Shown here: in pieces, positions 57,242 through 64,000 of the stretch
Position numbering within the stretch: position 1 is the first letter of the stretch
Layout: every line of letters begins with the position of its first letter
Source of the DNA: Candidatus Kapaibacterium sp.
GTDB taxonomy: Bacteria > Bacteroidota > Ignavibacteria > OLB7
Direction: 5' to 3'
Assembly: GCA_035549015.1 (NCBI GenBank)
Contig: DASZRW010000111.1
Location: 4,609-68,608 of the forward strand
Length of the DNA stretch: 64,000 bases
Made by a program: the position numbers and the translations under genes
Notes under the pieces: model-generated
Database searches by the model: none
What the model saw: only the letters and a program-made list of their open reading frames with translations
What the model was told of the DNA's origin: nothing

Positions 57242-58017
57242 CGCAGCAGTTCCTGCACCGCGCCGCGCAGCGCGGCGTTGGTGGAGATGGCGCTGCCGCC
57301 GCGCGCGGTGGGCAGGCCGCTCCAGTCCGTGAAGATGCCGCCGGCCTCCTCCACGATCGGCTTCAGGGCGGCGGCGTCCCAGACACTCATCTTCGGGTCC
57401 AGCATGATCTCCGCACGTCCCGATGCCACCAGCATGTGGCCGTAGCAATCCCCCCACGTGCGGTACATCTTCGTTGCGGCGATCAATCGCTGATGTGCAT
57501 CGTGCTTCTCGGGATCGCGATCCACCCGCTGCATGTCCGTCGTGAGCATCACTGCATCGGCCAGGCTGCCGGTCTGCGACACGCGGATCCGCCGGCCGTT
57601 CCAGTATGCGCCAAGGCCGCGCGCCGCATAGTAGATCTCCCCGAGCGCCGGAAAGTTTGCAACCCCCACATCGATACTCCCGGCGATCTCCACCCCTATC
57701 AACACGCCATAGAACGGGACGCCGCAGATGAACGTCTTCGTGCCGTCGATCGGATCCACGATCCACGTAACCGGCTCGGAACCACTGGTCTCGCCGGACT
57801 CCTCGCCAAGGATGGCATGGGCCGGATAATGGCGGTGCACAACTTCAATCAGTCGCTGCTCGGCGCGCCGGTCCGCAATGGTGACCGGGGAGTTGTCCGC
57901 CTTGATCTCGGTCTCGAACGATGATGTCTGGAAATACTGAAGTGTGATGCGGCCTGCTTCGAGGGCGGCCTCCACCGCCACGTCAAGAAGTTCGCGGTGC
58001 GTCGGGAAGAACGGCAT
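57238..58017 (-). CDS. inositol monophosphatase family protein (HisN-like histidinol-phosphatase / IMPase)
   Basis: 259 aa. ILGEESG, WIVDPIDGTKTF and WDAAALKPIVEEAGG metal-binding motifs. Confidence 0.9.
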   Translation of the reverse strand: MPFFPTHRELLDVAVEAALEAGRITLQYFQTSSFETEIKADNSPVTIADRRAEQRLIEVVHRHYPAHAILGEESGETSGSEPVTWIVDPIDGTKTFICGVPFYGVLIGVEIAGSIDVGVANFPALGEIYYAARGLGAYWNGRRIRVSQTGSLADAVMLTTDMQRVDRDPEKHDAHQRLIAATKMYRTWGDCYGHMLVASGRAEIMLDPKMSVWDAAALKPIVEEAGGIFTDWSGLPTARGGSAISTNAALRGAVQELLR

Positions 58018-58174
58018 GGTTGCTCGATTGGTCTGGATGCATCCGGCGGCCGAACCGATTGCTGCGCCGCCGGATGCTCAATGTACGCTTCGCTGCGTGG
58101 ATAGCCGCTCGGTGGTTGCGCGCAATCGACGTTATGAAGTGCCAATGCGGTTCCCGCGCAGCGGCGGCAAACGG

Positions 58175-60055
58175 TCATGGTGTCACAAGCAGAAGCGTCG
58201 CGCCATGCGGACCGTGCAGAGCGTAGACGCCGGGGCGAAGGCAGTCCCCGGCCGCTCCGCCGGGCAGCTCCCGGAACTCTCCGACCGTGCGGCCGTCGAT
58301 ATCGACGATCGTGCACGGCGTCTCCCCCTGCATTGCCGCGGGGAAGGGATCGTACGCATGCATCGCCAGCTTCACCGGCCGGTTGTCGGGCGCCGCCCGA
58401 TGCTCCTCCACATCGGCCGCATGCCGTTGGACGCCGATATCATCGATCGCTGCCGTGCCGCTCCGCGCGGCGCCGGGCGACTGCCGGATGACGAGGGAGT
58501 GGAAGCGCCAGGGGCCGCGCGCCGAATCGCCGAGAAGCGAAAGCGGGAGCGAGACGCGGTGCCAGTCCGTACGCTCCAGCGTTCCCACGCTCATCACCAC
58601 GTTGTTCCTGTTCGCATCGTAGTACCAGAGTTCCAGCATATTGCCGCTGCCGTCGCCGCGCAGGAGGAGGGAGATGTCGTTCGCAGTCCCCACGTTGAGC
58701 AGCCCGTCGCTGGTGTTGCCGTGCCCGCTTCGGAAGCAGCGCACGATGCCCCCCGTTGCGCCCGTGAAACGGTAGGAGATCTCCGCTCCCGCAAGCCCGG
58801 TTGCCCGTGCATTCGCGGTGATCGAGAAGGTGGAGGCCGCGGTGTCGGCGCCTGTGGTTGAGCCGCTCATCGCCGGGTTCCACCATCCCACCACATTATC
58901 CTCCAGCATGTCCACCACCACCGGCGCGGCGGGATCGCGCAGGATTGCCCGGTAGTAGCCCGGCCAGTCCCACCATCCGCCCGGGTCCGTATGGGTGTTG
59001 TTGGGGAAGTCCAGGTGCCCCTTCACCAGCGTGCGGTTCAGCGCGATCGAATACTTCGCCGTGAGATAGCGAACGAGATCGGCCGAGGCGTTGTACATCG
59101 CCGGCGTGAAGAACTCCGGCCGGTCAACATATCCCTCATGCTCGATTCCGATCGTGTATGGATTCTCGCTCCGCACATGCCATGCCTTGTCGGACTCCCG
59201 TACCATCTGCACAACGAAGCCGTCGATGGAGCGGATCATGTAGTGCGCCGATGCCTGCGACTCCGTGGAAGTAAGCCAGGAGAGCGAGCCTGCGAAATTG
59301 CCCTCGGTGTCGTGGATGGTGATCGCCGTGACAGGCGTTCCCTCGCGCGAGGAATAGTTCGGGCTCGGCTGCCATTGGGCGCCGGGGTAATCGGTGGACG
59401 GAAGAATGCCATCGGCCTGCATGCCGCCGAGCATTGCGCTCCGGTTCATGTACGGTGCGTCCACCGGCGCCACGATCTGGTCGCCCGCAGTCCATCCGCG
59501 CCGGAGCGCCTCCATCACGCCGTCCGCATAGAGCAGGCGGAGCGCCGGCTGGCCGGCCGGAATGCCGGAGTAGGCGGCGATGGCGGGTATCCACTCGGCG
59601 ATCGACTTCCGGTCCGTTCCGCTGAAGAGCGTCGAGAGCAGATATGCACCGGCCCGGATGTTCATCACCATGTCGTTGCGCGCATCCTCCGCGCTGATTC
59701 CGATCGGCGCGGCGGCGGCAAGCGAATGGCCGAAGTAGTCGTCGTCGTGCAATCCCATGATGCCGATCGCCGGCGGCATCCCCATGCAGGAGTGTGCGCC
59801 CGGTGCAACGACATCGTGCCAGCGGGACTCCGTGTATGCCACGCCGTAGAGGACGGCGCTCGGTATATCGAAGCGGGCCGCCGCGTCGTCCAGCAGCGCG
59901 CGAACCCGCGCCGCGCCTGCGTGCGGTTGCACGTGCGATTCATCCGCCACCGGTGTCTGCGAGGAGGCTGCATGGAGCACCGCGAGGAACAGCAGCGGCA
60001 GCAGGCGCCATACGGGGAGACGCGATGGAGGAAGAGATATCGGGATGCCGATCAT
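58175..60055 (-). CDS. cell-wall hydrolase: SLT-like lytic transglycosylase + N-acetylmuramoyl-L-alanine amidase (Amidase_2) + probable T9SS CTD
   Basis: Trimmed to ATG 60055 (signal ...LLPLLFLAVLHAASSQ). SLT motif VLYGVAYTESRW. Amidase_2 TIHDTEG...AHYMI...AWH...IGIEHEG. C-terminus IVDIDGRTVGEF...PGVYAL is CTD-like. Confidence 0.85.
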   Translation of the reverse strand: MIGIPISLPPSRLPVWRLLPLLFLAVLHAASSQTPVADESHVQPHAGAARVRALLDDAAARFDIPSAVLYGVAYTESRWHDVVAPGAHSCMGMPPAIGIMGLHDDDYFGHSLAAAAPIGISAEDARNDMVMNIRAGAYLLSTLFSGTDRKSIAEWIPAIAAYSGIPAGQPALRLLYADGVMEALRRGWTAGDQIVAPVDAPYMNRSAMLGGMQADGILPSTDYPGAQWQPSPNYSSREGTPVTAITIHDTEGNFAGSLSWLTSTESQASAHYMIRSIDGFVVQMVRESDKAWHVRSENPYTIGIEHEGYVDRPEFFTPAMYNASADLVRYLTAKYSIALNRTLVKGHLDFPNNTHTDPGGWWDWPGYYRAILRDPAAPVVVDMLEDNVVGWWNPAMSGSTTGADTAASTFSITANARATGLAGAEISYRFTGATGGIVRCFRSGHGNTSDGLLNVGTANDISLLLRGDGSGNMLELWYYDANRNNVVMSVGTLERTDWHRVSLPLSLLGDSARGPWRFHSLVIRQSPGAARSGTAAIDDIGVQRHAADVEEHRAAPDNRPVKLAMHAYDPFPAAMQGETPCTIVDIDGRTVGEFRELPGGAAGDCLRPGVYALHGPHGATLLLVTP

Positions 60056-60288
60056 GGTATTTCCTGTCCGGGCAGATTCACGCCGGCCTGCAATTTCATG
60101 GAACGGGCGCTGTAATCCTATCACCGTGCCGATCGCGATCGGTCGCGTCCCTTTGTGCCCTCCATGTCCTTCGCGGTAGATCGTCCCGGGAACGGCAACG
60201 TTGCAACCTGGGCGCCGGGATGATACATTGCGGCCCATCAGTTCTTCGTTCACGCGAAATACTACGAACAGCAGCAAGAGGCGCCGGA

Positions 60289-61446
60289 ATGTCGTGGGAT
60301 TCAGTTCTTGGTCAGCGCAGAGCCAAGCGGTTGATACGTACCGCTCTCGGCTCCGGCCGCATTCCGCACGCATGGCTCTTCACGGGGCCGGAGGGGATCG
60401 GCAAGGACGCCATGGCGATCGAGACGGCGAAGGTGCTCCGGTGTGATGCTCCGCTGGAGAACGGCACCGTTGCCTGCGGCCACTGCCATGGATGTACCAC
60501 CACCTCCGCGCTCCAGAACGCGAACGTTCGTTTCGTCTTCGCGCTCCCATCCGGCAAGTCGGAGGATAGCCGCGGCGATTCGCCGATGATGAAGCTGAGC
60601 GATGCGGAGATCACGCTGATTCAGGAGCAGGTGGCGTTGAAGGCCGCCGATCCCTATCACAACATCAGCATCCCGCGCGCGAACCAGATCAAGATCTCCT
60701 CCATCCGTGAAGTGAAGCGCGACATCGGATTCGTTGCAACCGAGAGCGGGTGGCGCATCGTGATCGTGAGCGAGGCCCACCAGATGGGAGAGGAGGCGGC
60801 GAACGCATTTCTGAAGACGCTGGAGGAGCCGTCGCCGCGCACCCTGCTGATGCTCACGACCTCCAACCGCGAACGGATGCTGCCCACCATCCTCTCGCGG
60901 TGCCAGGAGATCCGGTTCGATCTTCTTACCGATGATGAGATTGCCGATGCGCTGGTCGCCCGCCAGGGCGCCGAGCGTACACCTGCCGGGCTGGTTGCGA
61001 AGCTTGCCGAAGGGAGCTACAGCCGGGCGGTGGAGCTGCTCTCCGGCGATCTCAACGGCCTTCGGTTCGATGTGGTCTCCTTCTTCCGCACGGCGCTGCG
61101 CCGCTCCCCGGTTGCGCTTCACGCCGAGATCGAACGGCTTACTGCGAGCGTCGATCGCGTCCACATCGAACGCATGCTCACGCTGCTCGCCCTCTGGCTG
61201 CGCGACGTCCTGGTGCACCGGCTTACCGGAAGCGAGGCGATGATCGTGAACCACGATCAGATCAAGGACATTCAAAGCTTCAACACCCGATTTGCACACA
61301 CCCCGGTTGATCGGATGATTGCCGCAGTCGAGCATGCCGTGCAGTCCGTACGAAGCAACGCTCAGATTCCCCTCGTGTTCACGGTGCTGGCGATGCGTCT
61401 CGAAGAGCTTTGCTATCAGACGCCGGGCCTTGCACGGGTTGCATAG
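60289..61446 (+). CDS. holB: DNA polymerase III subunit delta prime
   Basis: Trimmed to ATG 60289. IPHAWLFTGPEGIGKDAMA, a Zn module CGHCHGC, a Walker B-like IVIVSEAH, and the sensor motif ILSRCQ. Confidence 0.9.
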   Translation: MSWDSVLGQRRAKRLIRTALGSGRIPHAWLFTGPEGIGKDAMAIETAKVLRCDAPLENGTVACGHCHGCTTTSALQNANVRFVFALPSGKSEDSRGDSPMMKLSDAEITLIQEQVALKAADPYHNISIPRANQIKISSIREVKRDIGFVATESGWRIVIVSEAHQMGEEAANAFLKTLEEPSPRTLLMLTTSNRERMLPTILSRCQEIRFDLLTDDEIADALVARQGAERTPAGLVAKLAEGSYSRAVELLSGDLNGLRFDVVSFFRTALRRSPVALHAEIERLTASVDRVHIERMLTLLALWLRDVLVHRLTGSEAMIVNHDQIKDIQSFNTRFAHTPVDRMIAAVEHAVQSVRSNAQIPLVFTVLAMRLEELCYQTPGLARVA

Positions 61447-61571
61447 CCGCGCCCGCCGGAGCGCCGCTCGCGGCAATCCGCGCGGTTGGTGCCCGAGGTA
61501 CGGACGGCGTCTGCACAGGTCGCAAGGAGACGTGTTGCTGCCGGATGCCGTTGAAACCCGGCTCCGGGCAG

Positions 61572-61611
61572 TCGTGCGCATGTATCGCAACATCGTGCGC
61601 ATGTATCGCAA
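61572..61611. repeat. perfect 19-bp direct repeat x2 with 21-bp period (TCGTGCGCATGTATCGCAA)
   Basis: Copies at 61572-61590 and 61593-61611, about 90 nt upstream of the PSP1/ricT ATG. Confidence 0.9.
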
Positions 61612-61698
61612 AGAGATATCTCGTAACTGCAATTCGGATGTGCCGTCGGCCGCGCGGTACGGCGCCGCAAGGCGACCTCTCACTCGACCCAGAGCCCA

Positions 61699-63066
61699 AT
61701 GAACGAAAGCGAACGCGTACAGGAATCAGGCCCGGATGGGATCGGCCGGAACGCTCCGGGCGATCCCGGCGGCTCTCGTGACGTAGATCGCGGCACGGAG
61801 CAGGACGCCGGCTCTCACGGGCGCGGAGGCGCTCATCGCGCGCATGCCGACGGCGGGAATCGTGGCGGCGAGCATCATTCGAACGTCCGGAACGGCGGCC
61901 CGGCACATCATCATGATCACGACCATCACGATGATGATCACGCGCACGACCATGATCACCACGCTCATCACCAGGCCGGCAGCGCCCGCGCGGGGGCGCA
62001 TCAACGCAAGGTGGAGAAGGCATGGAGCGAGAGCGGGCCGGCGACCAATCTCGCCGAACAGCTTGTTTCGCCAACGCTGCGGGGCCGCGAGTCCAAGTGC
62101 TCGCACGGCTGCGGCTCCGAGGGAGGGTGCGGGTCCGGCGGCGCATGCTCCACAGGCGGCTGCGGTGTGGGCTCGCTGGTAAACCTGATCGTGACGGAGT
62201 TCGTGTATGCGGACGAGCGCCGCATCATCGAGGTGCAGTACAAGGGATCGCGGCGTGAATTCGTGGAGGTCGCGGACGCGGACCTGCCGCTGCGTGTGAA
62301 CGACCTCGTGCTGGTGGAGAGCGAGCGCGGCACCGATGCCGGCTTCGTCTCGATGACCGGCACGCTCGTGCATGCCAAGCGCAAGGCGAAGAACCTGAGC
62401 GGCGAACCGATCTCGAGGCTCATACGAAAGGCCGCACCGGCGGACGCCGAGCGGCACAATCGCAATCGCGCCTCGGAGCTGGAGGCCATGCGCGTCTGCC
62501 GCGGCCGCGTGGAATCGTTCGCGCTGCCGATGAAGCTGGTGGATGCGGAGTGGCAGTTCGATCATCATCGGATCACATTCTTCTTCACGGCGGAGGGCCG
62601 CGTGGACTTCCGCGAACTGGTGCGCGATCTGGCATCGATCTTTCGCACGCGCATCGAACTGCGGCAGATCGCCGTACGCGACGAGGCCAAACGCATCGGC
62701 GGCGCCGGCATCTGCGGCCGCGAGCTCTGTTGTACGACGCATCTGGGACGCTACGAGCATATCACGCTGGACCACGCGAAGGCGCAGAGTCTGCAGTTGA
62801 ATCCCACCAAGCTCTCCGGGCAGTGCGGTCGGTTGAAATGCTGCCTGCTCTACGAGCTGGATTCCTACGTCAACGGCCTGAAGCGCTTCCCGCCGCTGGA
62901 GTCCACGTTGAGGACCGCCAAGGGCGTTGGCCGCGTGCAGAAGATCGACGTCTTCCGCGACATCCTCTACATCCTCCACGAGGCGAGCAACGAGTGGGAG
63001 ACGCTGACACTGGAGGAGGTGATGCTTCTGGCGGAGCGCCGGGAGCCGGTGGAGGCCGCGCCGTAG
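61699..63066 (+). CDS. ricT: PSP1 domain protein (RicT/YaaT family) with His/Asp-rich and Cys/Gly-rich N-terminal extension
   Basis: The C-terminal ~300 aa match the PSP1 pattern (RITFFFTAEGRVDFRELVRDLASIFRTRIELRQI, GICGRELCC, GQCGRLKCCL). holB-yaaT synteny is conserved. The exact start is uncertain. Confidence 0.85.
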   Translation: MNESERVQESGPDGIGRNAPGDPGGSRDVDRGTEQDAGSHGRGGAHRAHADGGNRGGEHHSNVRNGGPAHHHDHDHHDDDHAHDHDHHAHHQAGSARAGAHQRKVEKAWSESGPATNLAEQLVSPTLRGRESKCSHGCGSEGGCGSGGACSTGGCGVGSLVNLIVTEFVYADERRIIEVQYKGSRREFVEVADADLPLRVNDLVLVESERGTDAGFVSMTGTLVHAKRKAKNLSGEPISRLIRKAAPADAERHNRNRASELEAMRVCRGRVESFALPMKLVDAEWQFDHHRITFFFTAEGRVDFRELVRDLASIFRTRIELRQIAVRDEAKRIGGAGICGRELCCTTHLGRYEHITLDHAKAQSLQLNPTKLSGQCGRLKCCLLYELDSYVNGLKRFPPLESTLRTAKGVGRVQKIDVFRDILYILHEASNEWETLTLEEVMLLAERREPVEAAP

Positions 63067-63861
63067 ATGGTGACGTCCCGGCTGCTCGTGTTCGCCCGCT
63101 ATCCGCGCGCCGGCCAGGTGAAGACGCGCCTCGTGCCATCACTCGATCCCGAATCCGCGATGCGGCTGTATCGCGCGTTCCTGCTGGACTCGCTCGACGC
63201 CTATGCGCTGCTGCGTCCTGCGATCGAGCCGTTGGTATACGTGGCCGATCCGGCGGACCTCCGGGGGATGAAGGAACTGGTGAAGGGGGAATCAGGAAGC
63301 AGGAATTATCACTTGGGAATGGAGGGGAAGGGGAGTGAAGGAAGTGCGGGGGAGACGGGGAGCGCCCGTGCGCCCATCGATGTTCGCCCGCAGACGGGAG
63401 CAGGGCTTGGAGAGCGCCTGGCCTCTGCATTCGGGGAGGCGTTTGCGGATGGCGCTCCGGCCGCCTGCGCGGTCGGCACGGACCATCCCACGTTGCCATC
63501 GCAATACATTCGCGATGCGTTCGCCGCCCTCGCTTCGCACGATCTGGTGCTTGGCCCGGCCGACGACGGCGGCTACTATCTGATCGGCATGCGCGCCCCG
63601 CATCCGGAGATCTTCGAAGGCATGCCGTACAGTACCGATGGTCTCCATGCGGCAACACGCACCGCTGCGCGTCTGAACGGGCTGAACCTCTTCGAGCTTC
63701 CGCGCTGGTACGATGTGGACGATGCCGCCTCCCTTCTCCGTCTGGATGCCGATCGCGCGCTGTTGCCGGCGGAGAGCAGGACACGGGCAATGCTTGCCGT
63801 ACTCGAGCCGCGCCTTGCCGTTCTGCGCGAAGCGGCCGGCCTGGAAGGAGCAGACGAATGA
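63067..63861 (+). CDS. DUF2064 (TIGR04282) family protein, putative glycosyl/nucleotidyl transferase
   Basis: 264 aa. LLVFARYPRAGQVKTRL, GTDHPTLP, DGGYYLIGM. The ATG directly abuts the upstream stop. Confidence 0.8.
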   Translation: MVTSRLLVFARYPRAGQVKTRLVPSLDPESAMRLYRAFLLDSLDAYALLRPAIEPLVYVADPADLRGMKELVKGESGSRNYHLGMEGKGSEGSAGETGSARAPIDVRPQTGAGLGERLASAFGEAFADGAPAACAVGTDHPTLPSQYIRDAFAALASHDLVLGPADDGGYYLIGMRAPHPEIFEGMPYSTDGLHAATRTAARLNGLNLFELPRWYDVDDAASLLRLDADRALLPAESRTRAMLAVLEPRLAVLREAAGLEGADE

Positions 63862-63874
63862 GCGGAGGAGGAGC

Positions 63875-64000
63875 ATGAGTATGAGCAACTCGACGCATCA
63901 GCGGCTGCTTGCGGCGCGGAGCATCGGGCTCTTCGGCGGCACCTTCGATCCCGTTCATCTCGGGCACCTGCTTCTCGCAGAGTGTGCGGCGGAGGTACTG
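63875..64000 (+). CDS. nadD: nicotinate-nucleotide adenylyltransferase, 5' fragment (runs off the window)
   Basis: Not in the ORF track because there is no stop in the window. ATG 63875 follows GGAGGAGGAG. My own translation gives ...SIGLFGGTFDPVHLGHLLLAE, the (H/T)xGH nucleotidyltransferase motif. Confidence 0.8.
   Translation, partial: MSMSNSTHQRLLAARSIGLFGGTFDPVHLGHLLLAECAAEVL

Overview
GC-rich bacterial chromosomal window (composition judged by eye, not computed). Positions 1-12.7 kb hold the conserved tRNA-Trp / secE / nusG / rplK-rplA-rplJ-rplL / rpoB-rpoC block. The other ~51 kb mixes housekeeping genes (purine nucleoside phosphorylase, kbl, ald, bacilliredoxin, nhaA, holB, PSP1/ricT, nadD) with many secreted-protein and regulatory genes. 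These include three proteins ending in type IX secretion (T9SS) C-terminal sorting domains, an ECF sigma/anti-sigma pair and a single-domain globin. There are also two very large paralogous P-loop ATPase regulators that END in a SARP (winged-helix + BTAD) module, and three tandem small cysteine-rich secreted paralogs lying tail-to-tail with rpoC. T9SS cargo plus a bacilliredoxin suggest an FCB-group lineage (Bacteroidota / Rhodothermota / Ignavibacteriota-Chlorobiota neighbourhood); this is inference only. I found no rRNA, CRISPR array, transposase, integrase or phage genes. Because of the high GC, nearly every real gene is shadowed by long antisense or off-frame ORFs in the track, and I discounted these. 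Items most worth a second look: (i) the Cys-rich triplet; (ii) the inverted-architecture ATPase-SARP regulators and the 4.8-kb island they bracket; (iii) a signal-peptide ORF with no stop codon of its own that runs antisense through the PNP gene; (iv) several short intergenic tandem repeats (13-21 bp periods) and 580-670 nt gene-free spacers, one carrying an orphan intrinsic terminator. All homology statements come from recognising motifs by eye, not from database searches.
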